64,000 bases of DNA from the human T2T-CHM13v2.0 reference genome, Homo sapiens. The stretch is taken from the NCBI RefSeq assembly GCF_009914755.1, contig NC_060947.1. One strand, 5' to 3'. The translations under genes and the position numbers were made by a program. Positions 1 through 14,460 of the stretch are shown piece by piece (position 1 is the first letter of the stretch; the number at the start of each line of letters is the position of its first letter). A model generated the notes under the pieces. The model saw nothing but the letters and a program-made list of their open reading frames with translations. It was not told the DNA's origin and searched no databases.

Positions 1-527
1 AAATAAAAGTTGAAGGAAAAAAAAATTTAGAGCCTTAGGACCAATTAACTCTCAAAATCCCCAGTAAAGGGATGCAGGTATTGTCATACATTTGGAATGG
101 TTGTTCTCTGCTGGCTTTACTCCTAACCACAACCACCTCCACAAATACAGCAAAGAAACTCATCTAATACAATCTTTCATAACAAGAGCTTCCAAAGATT
201 TCAGCTCTCAATTCCTTCAGTGATGTTTCTGTAGCGGAGACGTGCAAAGTTTATCTGCCTCAGCTCTTGGAGTGAGATTTGTGAGACAATGCAAAGTCCT
301 ATTTTTGTATCACAAGTCTGACATCAGCTCCATTTTCTGAGAACAAACAGCCAAAAAAGACTCACTGGAGCAGTTTGCAATCATTTGTGTGAAGTGGATC
401 TCCAGGCTAGTCCTCAGGTTGATAAAGGTATAGGAACAGGACAGCAGAGCCAAGGATGGTGTGGGGGGGTTGGTTTTGATCTCTCAAAAGGTTCCATCTG
501 TTACAGAGGCTACTTGGAGGAACTCAC

Positions 528-561
528 ATGTACCCCAAACCAGGGAATCAGTCGTTCGACC
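528..561 (-). other. Candidate 34-nt internal exon (non-coding?)
   Basis: Minus strand reads catccttttcag|GGTCGAAC...GTACAT|gtgagt in non-repeat DNA. Splice motifs only; could be a pseudo-exon. Confidence 0.25.
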
Positions 562-964
562 CTGAAAAGGATGCATGGGTTTCTTTCTTTGTTTCTAAAT
601 CTATTTATGTGGGAAGTCTTGAGATAGCATACAAAATTAAATGATGCTTTCCAAAGTGCACGTTTCAACAATTACTTCAAAAAAGAGGGTGTGTTTGGTC
701 TCCAGTAGGTTGCTGTTACTACTCAACAGGCCAGATACAGTTTCTTGTCTAAATGCTGACCACCAGAAAAGCCGACTGCTATTTCTGATCATGGGTGCAA
801 AGAGAGAAAGTGCAGGAATCTCAGAATAGGCTGACTGTCGGTCCTGAGGAGGTGGGCTGTTAGTTGGGAAAGTGATTAAAAATATTTTATATTTGCAAGA
901 GAGAAGATAAAACAAGAGTGTAGAATATTTAATTTCCCACAACTACCACCAAATATTGTGTAGG

Positions 965-1250
965 CTGTATATAATATATATATATACTATATATTCTTCA
1001 TATTTATTGTATGTAATTACTATATATTATATAATTAACAAATGTAATAAATTTATTGGACATAATTATTATATATACTATTATATATTACTATAATATC
1101 TAATATTTTTAGTACTATTTATTTATTATACTATTACTATTTATTTGTTATTTACTATTATTAGCAAATAATAGTAATTTACTCATTACTATTAGTAAAA
1201 TATTAGTAATATAGTAATTATACATAATACTAATATGTTATTATATTTTT
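965..1250. repeat. AT-rich low-complexity (TA/TTA) tract
   Basis: Almost pure A/T with degenerate (TA)n/(TAT)n. Confidence 0.9.
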
Positions 1251-1470
1251 TCTCTAGAGAAGCCTGACAATTTAAAATTCATTTTTAAATTTCAAAATCA
1301 CCTACCACCTTGATATATAAGCTAAAATAAAACTGCCTGCTATTGGTCCCCAAGGAATGAGTCAAATTGCCAAACTCTAAACTCATATAAACACTGTGAA
1401 GGGATAAATCTAAGCAGATAATAAGCAGATCAAAATAAAAAGTAGATCAAATAGTTTTCCTTAATAAGAC

Positions 1471-1832
1471 TGCCTTAGTCCATTTGGGCTGCTATAATAA
1501 AATACCATAGACTAGGTAACTTAAAGAAAACGGACGTTTATTGCTCACAGCTCTGGAGGCTGGGAGTCCGAGATCTAGCCATGGCAGATTCAGTGTCTGG
1601 TGGGGACTCGCTTCCTAGTTCATAGACGGCGCCTTCTCACTATGTCCTCACGTGGGGGAAGGGGCGAGGGAGCTCTGTGGGGTCTCTTTTATAAGGGCAC
1701 TCATACCGTCCATGAGGCTCCACTTTCATGATAGCATCACCTCCCCAAAGCCCTACCCTCTAATACCAAAACATTGTGGGTGAGGATTTCAATATAGGAA
1801 CTTGGGGGAACACAGATGTTCAGATTATAGCA
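1471..1832 (-). mobile_element. MaLR solo LTR (MLT1A-like)
   Basis: tgccttagtccatttgggctgctataa...ctggaggctgggagtcc...cagattatagca matches the reverse of the MLT1A consensus as recalled. Confidence 0.85.
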
Positions 1833-3264
1833 AGGACCTTTTCATTAGTGGATTTGTGAAATCGCTACAATCTACCTCAACAGGCAGGAGTTTAGAATCC
1901 TACTCCAGTTTATATTATAGGCTGAAACTTGATTTTTTTTCTTTAGCAGCAGATTATTGAATGGGTTGTTATGCATTGAGTTGTTGTCGTTGATCTGCAC
2001 TTTCATTTCTTGCTCTTTAATGGGCAGTAATCACGTGGAGAAGACCCTTGAGCGCATCTTCAGTCTCAGATGAGTCCCTCTTGAGGCCGAGTGAATTTGA
2101 ACATCTAATGTAGTAACAAAGTGCTAAGGTCCTTAACATTGTTTAAATGGAAAAGTAAATGTTTTCCTTTGCCTGAACATTAGATTGTTTTACCTGTGCA
2201 TCTTAGCACTCACAGAAGGGCAGGTAATGCAATATGAAAGTGCCTATACATTGCACTTGAATGCTGGTGGATGTCCTAGCTCTATTTCAAGGACCAAGGG
2301 ATGCTGGCCACTGTCTAAGGCGGATGTGCAATTTCACCCTTCAATGTGGTTAATTGGTTTGTCCCCATATGTGATGTAGCCAGGAGCTCCCTTCACCTTC
2401 CTCCTGCAGTATAACACAGGTGAGTTTTTTTTATTTTTTATTTTCTGCTTCACAGAAGATGTCTTGAGAGTCCTGGACTTGGAGTTAAATTTTAATGTGA
2501 CCCTGGTACATGGAGATGTAGACTTTTCTGTCTCCGGGCTGTTCCGGCCTTTGCTTCTACAGAGTTGTTAGGGATGATAGATGTGGCGGGACAGAAGACT
2601 GCTAACACATTCTGGGGTTTGTTTGTTTGTTTTTTTAAATTCTGAGTAGTATAATTATTGCAATTCCATTGTTTGGGAGTTTCTGCTAAGTATTTTATAA
2701 GCCTGTTTTTAAAGCCAGGCTTAAATAACATATATCACCAGGTCTATGTAGTTGGTGAATATAAGAGTTTGTGGTTTAGATGTGTTGGGGTTGTTGGCCA
2801 TGTTCATAAGGTAGTAAAAACCCCGGGACAGACCCATTGCTTGCCCTAATCCTCAGATGGCTATGGTCTCCTTTCTTAGGATGTCAGGAGTAGAAGTCAG
2901 CAAGTCAGGAAGAGGGCAGACAGCACATCATAGGGAGAGAAAGCTACTTCACTGCTAGGTAATTTAAACATCATTTGTAGAAAACCAATATTTCTACATG
3001 ACATAACTCAATAGTGTTTGATTTCTTTAGTGTATATATGATTCTTAAAATTATAATATACTTGTGTGTGTGTGTGCACTGCCAGATAGATATTGGAGTA
3101 GACTCCAAAATCTCTATATATTATTCAGCATTTAACAGAAGAAATCAAAATACTCCTTGCAGTAGCCCCTTGCAGCCATGGTCACAGGATTCACGATTCA
3201 ACATTCATTTTTCTCTTGTAGGACGCAGTTTGTCTTGGTTCAACACAGAGTGTCTCAAGTCAGA

Positions 3265-3775
3265 CTGTTGAATTTCAGTCCATCATGAACTAGTGTCTGT
3301 GACCTTGGGCAGGTCGTTTAACCGCCCCCTGCCTCAGTTTCCCCATCTTAGTCTATTCAGGCTGCTATAATGAAATACCATACACTAGGCAGTTTCTAAA
3401 CAGCAGACATCATTTCTCATGGTTCTGGAGGCTGGAAGTCCAAGATCAAAGTGCCCGCAGATTCAATGTCTGGTGAGTCCCCACTTTCTGATTCATAGGC
3501 GGCAACTTCTCACCGTGTCTTCGCATGGTGGGAGGTGTAAGGGAGTCCTCATGACTTTATCACCTCCCAACGGCTCCACTTCCTGATACTATCACCTTAG
3601 GGGTGAGGATTTCAACATCAAAAACTTGCAGGGGACACCGACGCTCAGAGCACAGCATCTCCTCTGCAAAAAGGGATTATATTTGCACCTGGGGCATTGT
3701 AGGTTTCACATAGAAGATGAGATATGTAAACCCTGCATGGAGAGAAGTACTTCACGCATAGTAGGTGCTCACTCA
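3265..3775 (+). mobile_element. MIR SINE split by an MLT1A LTR
   Basis: tgtgaccttgggcaggtcgtttaacc...cctcagtttcccc core; resumes after the LTR (ctctgcaaaaaggg...tagtaggtgctca). Confidence 0.7.
3344..3657 (-). mobile_element. MaLR solo LTR (MLT1A-like, internally deleted)
   Basis: Similar to 1471-1832 but lacks a middle segment. Confidence 0.8.
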
Positions 3776-4296
3776 CTCTCTGGTAGCCAATATTATTATT
3801 CAGGGTATCATGCAGTGGCACTTTGAGAAGACCCTGTGTCTTCCTTCTGCTGTCACAGCCACCTGCAGTGAGATGTGAAGGTGAAAGGGCTGAGGAAGGG
3901 AGGCTAAGCCCATGGAGCCCAGGGAGCACATGAGTCCACAGGTCTTCCTGGTTGCTCCATGTTCTGAGCATCCTCAGCTCCCCATCATGGAAGTAGACAC
4001 CTCTTGAAGGAAGCTGCATAAATGCAGAAATAACACCTGGCCATCTTTCAACTCAACTCTGTTTTTCTTTCGGCAAAAGACATGTCAAGATTCATCGAGT
4101 TCATGCATTTTTATTTTTTCAATATCAGAAGGTTTCAAACACAGAGAAGCCAAACACAATTGCTGATTTTCTGGTCTTGCCTTAAACAACCCCAGTTATT
4201 ATTGGAAGGCCTAGATTTGATTAATGGGTATGATCATGGGTTCATCCTTCTGCTTATCCAACGAGGTGACTCTGGTTACTTTTTAAACAACTAAAG

Positions 4297-4630
4297 CAGG
4301 GGTCAGCAAATGTTTTCTGTCAAGGGCCAGATTGCAAAATTATTTTTGGCTCTGTCGGCCACAGGGTCTGTATCAAAGTATTCCACTCTGCCAGCTTAGC
4401 AGCAAAACAGCCACAGGCGACACAGAAAGGGATGGGGCAGCTGAGGACCAATAAAGCTTTTTTTCTGGACACTGAAATTTTAATTTCACAGAATTTTTGT
4501 GTGTCAAGAAATATTCTTTTGATTCTTTTTTGCCAATCATTTAAAAATCTAACAACCATTCTTAGCTTGTAGGCAAGAACACTGAAAGGAGGTGGTGGGC
4601 TGGATTTAGCTTTTGGGCCATAACTGTCCA
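4297..4630. mobile_element. MER58-like hAT MITE
   Basis: caggggtcagcaaa...tcaagggccagat terminus. Confidence 0.7.
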
Positions 4631-5018
4631 AGTGATGGAATCCACGCTTCTCTTCAGTATAAGAGTCCAGGGTCTCTAAGATTTCTGTCTTACTATCCTA
4701 CCCAAGAGAAGGTCTTTCTTACCCCTTCATTTGCACCTACTTAAATCCAGTCCTAAGAGGGCTGGTTGAAGATCCACTTGTTCTGTGTAGCCTGTCTAAC
4801 TCCCTCCAGTCTCTTTAACCACATTTATAAACATCTGTCAATCGCTCAGTGTGACACAGGCTACTGTCATATTTATAAATTTCTGTCAATCACAGGGTGT
4901 GACACACTCATTATAAAGACAACTGCAATGGCTTTGAAGATGGGCCAAACAGGGTTTGATCTCCAGCTCTTACTGGCCACTTCAAGTCTTTGTTTTCCTG
5001 TCTATACAATCATCATCA

Positions 5019-5372
<354 letters not shown>

Positions 5373-5420
5373 TTAAAACACCCTAAATGATTTTAGCTCG
5401 TAAAACAAATCTGTGATAGA

Positions 5421-5452
5421 GATGATGATGATGATGATGATGATGAAGATGA
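5421..5452. repeat. (GAT)n microsatellite
   Basis: Direct reading. Confidence 0.9.
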
Positions 5453-5668
5453 ACTGTAACCATGTACGATAATTTTGGTTAATTGATGAACTTTGTAAAT
5501 TTGAAATCTCTATCCCTCCATACTAACGCTGACTGTGGCTATATCAGATGGAAATGCCCCTTCTGGATGAAAAATGTTTAAAGTCCCCAGATATGAATCC
5601 CTCTCAAACTGCTACTTCAGGCCTAACTGGAAAAATTAAGATATTAAAATCTTAATATCTTAAGATAT

Positions 5669-5965
<297 letters not shown>

Positions 5966-6019
5966 TCTGTTTCCTTACAGTAGTCATTTATAAATAGAGC
6001 TATTTTTTTCCCCTAAAAA

Positions 6020-6210
6020 ACTGGAGGAAATGACTGATGACATTTTTGGTTGTCACCACTTGGGGGGGGGGGGGCGCTGCTACTGGCATCTGGTGGGTGG
6101 AGGCCACAGATGCTGTTGAACATCCTACAATGCACAGGATGCTCCCCGCCTCCAACTAAAACATGATGTGTCTCCAAATGGCAATGTAGTACCAAGGTTG
6201 AGAAATCTGT
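6020..6210. mobile_element. MER20 hAT MITE
   Basis: gacatttttggttgtcac...gctactggcatct...catcctacaatgcacagg...aggttgagaaa. Confidence 0.8.
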
Positions 6211-6242
6211 TTTACAAAAGAGCAAGAAAGTGAGGTAGTAAA

Positions 6243-6382
6243 AGAGAGAGGGAAGGAGAGAGAAAGAGAGAGGGAGACGGAGAGGGAGAGAGGGAGAGAA
6301 AGAGAGAGGGAGACGGAGAGGGAGAGAGGGAGAGAAAGAGAGAGGGATACGGAGAGGGAGAGAAAGAGAGAGAGAGAGAGAG
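6243..6382. repeat. Polypurine minisatellite, 36-bp unit x ~3 plus (GA)n
   Basis: Unit agaaagagagagggagacggagagggagagagggag. Confidence 0.9.
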
Positions 6383-6461
6383 AATGCTAACAGGCATTTC
6401 CTTCCCTTTAAGTAACTTTTTCAGGAAATTAAATCACTGCTTTTAAATCGCTATGGCGTAA

Positions 6462-6848
<387 letters not shown>

Positions 6849-7231
6849 GACCAATTATTTTTAAATTGCTCCATGGGGACTAATACAGGACTTGACCCAA
6901 AATGAAAAGATAAGCTTTCTCATCAGCTGGACAACTTTTTGCTGGAGTTGGAACAGTCTGTCTGTGTCTCATAGACACTGAACAAATGGCTGCAGAGATG
7001 ATGTAAGATCAGATCAAATATAAATCTGATCCTAGATATCATTGGGCCTAGGGAACTCTAACAAGATTTCTCTTAACATAATTGTAAAAACACTCAAGGA
7101 GATGCCTCCTATATTGGAAAGCCTAACAAAAGAGCAACGAAACATCTACAGCCAACGATCAAAGATAGGTTTCTTACAGGCAGGACGTCTACAGCTGAGT
7201 CAACAAACACTGATGCCAGGACACTCCTTAC

Positions 7232-7274
7232 CTTGCTATCTTGTTTGTGTGGTTATTTAAAACCGTGTCTCTAC
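7232..7274 (-). other. Candidate 43-nt internal exon (non-coding?)
   Basis: Minus strand reads ggtttgtccttcag|GTAGAG...GATAGCAAG|gtaagg. Splice motifs only. Confidence 0.3.
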
Positions 7275-7640
7275 CTGAAGGACAAACCCAGCCTTTCCAC
7301 TTATTTACATGCTTGCTCCACGGGGCGCAGCCTGACCTGTCTCCTGGCTGAATCTGTTGAATAATGCAGTTGATAATAAGAATTCTCCACTCATCTGAAA
7401 AATAGCGATAACAATTTTCCAGATAGTCACACTATAATTAAAAGCCACTGGGTGCGATGCATCACTCTATCTAAATAACTATATCTAAATATAAGAGGAA
7501 ACGGTATTGCCACAAAGACCCTGCATTGGGCAGGGAGACATGTGCAATATACAAATACTTGATTTTATAATTTTTTAAATTCCAGGAAAATGTAACTGGT
7601 TTCTTGCAAAGCTAGAGCTGGGCAGATCATGAGAAATACT

Positions 7641-7945
7641 CTTTTTTTGTTTGCTTGTTTTTTTCAGAGAGTGTCTTGCTCTGTCACCCAGGCTGGAGTG
7701 CAGTGGTGCGATCATAGCTCACCGTAGCCAAAAACTCCCAGGCACAAGCGATTCTTCCCCCTCAGCCTCCTGAGTAGCTGGGACGATAGGCACACACCAT
7801 CATTCCTAGCTCATTTTAAAATTTTTTTGTAAAGATGGCGGGGGGCGGGGGTCTCACTGTATTGCCCAGGCTGGTCTCAAACTCCTGGCCTCAAGCAGTC
7901 CTCCTGCTTCAGCCTCCCAAAGTTCTGGGATTATAGGCAGGAGCC
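7641..7945 (-). mobile_element. AluJ-like
   Basis: Reverse Alu; TSD agaaatactctttt. Confidence 0.93.
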
Positions 7946-8079
7946 AGAAATACTCTTTTCCAACACTTGGGTTTCATAACTGGTAAACAGAAATCTCAAA
8001 TGGTAAATTACATGCTAAAATCACATAGGTCTTGTGACCAGACAGTACTAGAAGCCAGTCTGTGTTCCCAATTCAATTC

Positions 8080-8832
8080 TGTTTCCCTCAACCAGGCTTG
8101 ACCTTGGCACTATTAACACTTTGGGCTGGGCAATTCCTGGTGGAAGTGGCTGTCCTGTGTTATGTGGGATGGTTAGTGGCATCCTGGCTTCCACCTGTTA
8201 GACACTGTAACCAAATGCGTGTCCAATTGCTCACCAATTGCAGAGACCAGTTAGAAAGAGCATGTTCGGTATAAAGAAAGTGACTTTATTCCAGAACTTA
8301 GCTGAGGGGAAGAGGTAGAGGCTCCTGCCTTAAGGGTATTGCTTTGTATTTGGGGGCAGAGGGCAGGGGCTTTTAAAGAGGCACTGGGCGTAAATGGCAT
8401 GCAAGGGAGAAGGCAAGGAGATGTGGGGTCTATGTGACTTGCTTGGGATGTCTTATCTATTTGGTGGTCTGGCTGGTGCCATCACTGGCAGAGCTAGCCT
8501 GTAAACTGACACAATCTCCTGGTGAGAGAGAGTTCCAGGGGGGCCTGGTTTGCTTCAGTGTTCGCTCTCTGGAACTTCTAAGTTAACACATAGTTACAAA
8601 AGCTTGCCATGTAGGGAGTGTCTGCTGGAGAGAAGGTAAAGGCTACAATTGCATTCCTAAAGAGCTAAGTAGGAGGAGGGGGAAAAAGGAAAAGAGGAAA
8701 TTCATTTTTTTCTTTAAAAACAAGGTATTCGGTTACAATGTCAGTAATAGCTGTCCCCCTCCCCACCAAAATACATTTAAACATTAATAAATGTCCCCCA
8801 AGAAGAAAATCTCCCCACTTGAGAATCACTGC
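8080..8832. mobile_element. MER20 split by an ERV LTR
   Basis: ccttggcactatt...gctgtcctgtgttatgtggga on the left; ...ttgagaatcactg on the right. Confidence 0.65.
8206..8737 (-). mobile_element. ERV1-class solo LTR (subfamily not resolved)
   Basis: TGTAACC...GGTTACA termini; reverse polyA signal (tttatt near 8285); interrupts MER20. Confidence 0.7.
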
Positions 8833-9184
8833 TCTAAATCTATCTTAACTTGACTATAATATTGAAAGTATGCTTCTAAACCCAATGATGCCACATGCAG
8901 CAATGTCACATTTCTGAAAACAAAGGTTCTATTGGCAAATGAGCATGAACTTCTTACAGCTAAATAATCCCATTTCAGCTTTTATTACAACCCATTCCTT
9001 AGGTATCCTCTTCAGGAATCCTATATAAGAAACTTTCAAATCACCTTTCACCTTCCAAAGAATTAATGATCTCCTTTGCTTTACTCTTTTTTCACTGAAT
9101 CAGTCAGTGTCTCAGTGGCCCACAGACAGGGTAATGAGAGACAGATGTAGTCACAAAAGGTCTATTTATAAAAATGTGGGTGTA

Positions 9185-10025
<841 letters not shown>

Positions 10026-10054
10026 TAAAATAATTTTTTTAATGTGGGTGTAGA

Positions 10055-10262
10055 ACAGCTGTTCTCAACAGGAAGCGAGTTGTCAGTGTCAGGAGACATT
10101 TGGGTTTGTCACTGCTGTGGAGGGAGGTGATAGCAGCATCTGGTGAGTAGAGACCAGGGATGCTCCGAAACAGCCTACAATGCACACAGCACAGCCCTCC
10201 ACACACAAACAAGAGTTATCCATCCCTAAACGTCAACAGGTGCCAAGGTTGAGCAACTGTGG
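10055..10262. mobile_element. MER20
   Basis: gttctcaac...ggagacatttgggtttgtcac...cctacaatgcaca...gccaaggttgag. Confidence 0.8.
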
Positions 10263-11138
10263 TTTATAGGAACAAGGGGGAGCTGGCAATAACCCAAGGC
10301 CAGTAGCTACCAAACTGTCTCCACCACCAGGCTCAGAAGGATGAGGGAAGGAAGTCCAACTGGTACTGGAAATGGGGAGAGGTTTGTACTCTCAGCCATT
10401 CTGAGAGGAGCTGCGGCATTTGGTTGAGAGGCTCAGCCAAGCTCAACGTGCCCTGGAAGGGAGCAGCCAAGGGAAGAGATATATAATTCAATTCTTTCTT
10501 CTCCCCTGCTCACTGTCCAACTGGGGCTCCCCATTGGCCAAACTCTCCAGGACACCAGCAGTACAGAAGCCCTGTGGATGGTGTCCATGCGAGGCAGCCC
10601 AGGAGGGAGAGAAAGCAGGGCAAGAATGACAGACACACACACAAGCCCTCTAAGCACACTGAATTTTCTAGCATTGCACTGACTTATCTGATGCCTGAGG
10701 CTATTTCACTTCGGATTCCTGGATGCCAACACTCACTGTCCACTGCTCTGAGATCCTCATGGTCAATGCCTGTCCATCCCTGACTGCTTGAATAAATCCA
10801 ACCACGGCTCTCTTCTTTACTTCATCTCCTTGGTAGTGCACTTTCTCACAGCTGCTTACATTCTTCTGAAGGTTGTATTGACATAGAAGAAAAAAGTCTA
10901 ATCATCTTAACAGTGATAACTTGGATATTGAATCCTACAACTCTGTTTCTTAGAAAAATGTTGGATCTGAAGTCAGAGGTTTTGGATATGAGGCAGTGCT
11001 CTGACATTCACTGGACTCTGAGGCTCATATGTGTCCCAGTTGAGTAATCACAGGTTCCTTAACCCTGAGGTGCACTCAATGGCAACATCAGGATCATAGT
11101 AGCAAGTACAAAGGAAGATGACGAAGATTATACAAAGG

Positions 11139-11480
11139 TGTATTAATCCATCTTCACAGCACCATAAAGACATACCTGAGACTGGATAATCTATAAAGGG
11201 AAGAAGGTTAATTAACTTACAATCATGGCGCAAGGCAAAGAGAAAGCAAGGCAAGTCTTCACAAGGTGGCAGGAGAGAGAGAGAGAAGAGGGAAGTGCCA
11301 GATACTTATGAAACAACCAGATCTTGTGAGAGCTCACTCACTGTCCCAAGAACAGCATAGGGGAAATCCTCCCCCATGATCCAGTCACCTTCCACTAGGT
11401 CCCTCCCTCAACACATGAGGATTACAATTGGATTACAATTCAGGATGAGATTTGGGTGGGGACACAGCCAAATCATATCA
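11139..11480 (-). mobile_element. MaLR solo LTR (MSTA/THE1D-like)
   Basis: tgtattaatcc...gatttgggtggggacacagccaaatcatatca; TSD aaagg/aatgg. Confidence 0.9.
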
Positions 11481-12798
11481 AATGGCACACATATAGCGAT
11501 CAGCCCAGAGACTTCGGTGTACAAAATAGCAAAGAGTAAGTATTATTTTCATGAAGAAAACCTCATGATTTCCATGAGGGAATCACATATAAGAGGTATC
11601 TTAAATGCAAAATAAAAACATTGCAATGATATTTATTATTTTTAATGCACTTACGCCCTAAGCCAAAGGTAAGATAGAATAATTTGAAACAATTTTCACC
11701 AATAACATTGGAAATTTTCCCTCTGGCTATGTTGAATTGTTTTCTCCTCTCCATTCCTCAGGAAGTAATCTTCATGTTCTCAAACTTGACGCATTCTATG
11801 CCTAAAACCTTTTCATCAAAACCTTTTCATTATCTTCCATGCGGCCCTATGCCCAAGGACATTATTCAAAGAGCTCAATGTGAGATGTTCCCATGCCATG
11901 GCTCTGGGGGGCAAGGTGTTGCATCTGGAGATAAGCCAGTTTGGAAACATCTGTTGTTTACTGCTGCTATTGGATATCCAAAAAGCACCTGCATGTTGAC
12001 TCTCCTCCTGGTGGCCCTCTCAGCTTCATACCATAAGACACGAAATAATTGACGACAACAGGCACAAGTTTCCAATAACTTAGGGAAAAATTTAAAACAC
12101 GACTCTAGGGACAGTGAGTTGCAAAAGACAGAAACTATATGAAGCCAAGAAGAGGAGATAAAGAAATGATTATGTATTCTCTCTGACCTCGCCCCCCAAC
12201 CGTGTTTGCACTGAAAATTGCATTGAGTGTAGAGAAATGGTGAGATTTTAATTATGTGCTCTGTGCAGAGGCCTCGAACGCAGGCGCTTCTTGTCGAGAA
12301 TCATCTACTGGCAGAGCGAAGATGCTATTGGACACTCCTGGAAACAGACATGCTGGGCATGAAGAAGCTAAACTGAGGCAGGAATGAGAGCTGTAAATTA
12401 TCTGAAATTGCTGGGGAAGAGGCCCCAAAGCACAGAGAGGCATCAGCAACATCAAAGAGGGTATGACAACCCCAGTCCAATTTCAGCTGGGGGGAAAAGT
12501 AAAACAAAACAAAACAGACAGCCTGTTTCCAGACTGAGAGAACCACATGCCTAGCACATGTGGGAACATCAGACTGTAGCTGAGACACCTGTGGCAGCTT
12601 CCAGCACACTGAAAATGCAAACCCTATTGTGGAAGACATGGCTGGAAATGGTCCAGCTCCTTCCTGCTTCTTGGCTTCCCCTGAGGCACTAGGATTTTCT
12701 TTGCACTTTCTTGAATGTGCTAAGCAGTCGGTTTTGTTGCTGCTAAAACTTTCTCCTTTGAGTCTTAGGCACACTCCCTCAGTTTACTGGTCTCTACT

Positions 12799-13175
12799 TG
12801 ATATGGTTTGGCTGTGTCCTCACCCAAATCTCATCTTGAACCATAATTCCCATAATCCCACATGTAATGGGAGGGAGACGGTGGGAGGTAATTGAATCAT
12901 GGGGGCGGTTACCCCCATGCTGCTATTCTCATAACAGTGAGTGAGTTCTCACAAGATCTGATGGTTTTATAAGGCGCTTTCCCTGTGTTCACTCTGCACT
13001 TCTCCTTGCTGCCACCATGTGAAGAAGGATGTGTTTGCTTCCCCTTCCAACATGATTGTAAGTTTCCTAAGGACTCCACAGCCCTGTGGAAATGTGAGTC
13101 AATTAAACCTCTTTCCTTTACAAATTACCGAATCTCAGGTGTGTCCTTATAGCACCGTAAGAACGGACTAATACA
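12799..13175 (+). mobile_element. THE1 (THE1D-like) solo LTR
   Basis: tgatatggtttggctgtgtc...ggactaataca; perfect 5-bp TSD ctact. Confidence 0.93.
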
Positions 13176-14094
13176 CTACTCAAACATTGTTTCCTTCATG
13201 AGCCGCTCTCCATGTCTGTCCCCACATGTGTCCATCATTCTCTATCCCTTACCCTGTTTTATCTTCTCCACAGCACTTAGTATGTCCAGGCATGCTACAT
13301 ACACATTTAATGTCAGTTTCCATGGAAGCTCCAGAGGAGAAAGCCCTGTTTTGTCTTCAGCTACAACCCAGTAGGGAGGAGCACCTCCCACAAAGTAAGA
13401 GCTCAATAAAGTCACTGTAGGAATGAATTAGACCTAAAGCAAGGTCTACTCTGGGGTTTTTCATTAAAGAAAGCAGATAACTCAATGGAAATACAAGTCT
13501 AGACCTGGCACATTGAGCTGGCTGATGTCAGGCAGGAAAACCTCTCTCCAGCTTCACTGGAGAGACCAGGATGGGCAAGAGGGTGAAGGGTACCCGCTTC
13601 CTAAGAGAAAAAGGCAAAGGGGGCAACATAAACAGAAAAGTAAGAAAAGGATGGAATGTTTCATGAGCTGCCAATATCTCACTTCCAAACTCCATGGGAG
13701 CAGGAACCCTGACTAATTTGTTCATTGTTATCTCCCCAGAGACTGCTTGGTCTTCACCTTCATCAGATGCTGGACAACATACTGGATGAATGAATGGATG
13801 TCATTGCAGACTCTAGCGACCTGCGAGGTCCAGCTTTGGGGCAAACAGCCACTAAATCAGGGCCACCCAGTACAATACAACCATAGCATGCCCGCATGGG
13901 CTTCTTTGGGGATTCCAGAGAAGGTGAAATTCTGAAAGTGAGAGAGAGCTGACACACTGCAAATAGCTAGACTAGCCTTTCCAGGAGACAGGGATTGATA
14001 AAACCCGAGCACTCCTACATATCACGTACTATTCTGTTTTAGTCTTTACAGTCCTGAATTTGTTTTTTAAATGAAGCACTGGAGGAAACAGTCG

Positions 14095-14460
14095 ACAAGG
14101 CTGCCCCTCTTTTCTGATGCCAATTGCAAGCTCAAAGGTCCCTAAGAGCACCCTTAAGTTTGATGATTTGCTAGAAAGATGCACAAAGCTCACTGAAAGT
14201 TGTAATACTCATGCTTATGGTTTATTACAGGGAAGGGGTGAGAATTAAAAAGCAGTCAATGGACAAACAGCATAGGGCAGAATTCAGGAGAGTTCCAAAT
14301 GTGGAACTTCCAGTGGTCCTGAACTTGTGGAGTCTTGAACAGTGTTACTTTTTGGACATAGATGTGTGAAAATAGTCATGGAATATGACAATAAGGGAAG
14401 CTCGCCTGAACCTTGGTGTCGAGTCTTCCTCAGAGCTCTATCATATAAAATTGGTTGGAC
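14095..14460 (-). mobile_element. MER21-like LTR fragment
   Basis: tttgctagaaagatgcacaaagctcactgaaag...tttattacag; similar to 60260-60907. Confidence 0.65.

Noticed and set aside
637-2731. Short ORFs and possible terminal exons (e.g. minus-strand acceptor at 2104) as a host gene
   Set aside because: No recognisable protein, and no consistent reading frame across the candidate exons.
6212-6397. Ser/Pro/Leu repeat ORF
   Set aside because: Translation of the GA-rich minisatellite.
11139-13175. Two MaLR LTRs as one proviral element
   Set aside because: They have opposite orientations, separate TSDs and no MaLR internal sequence between them.
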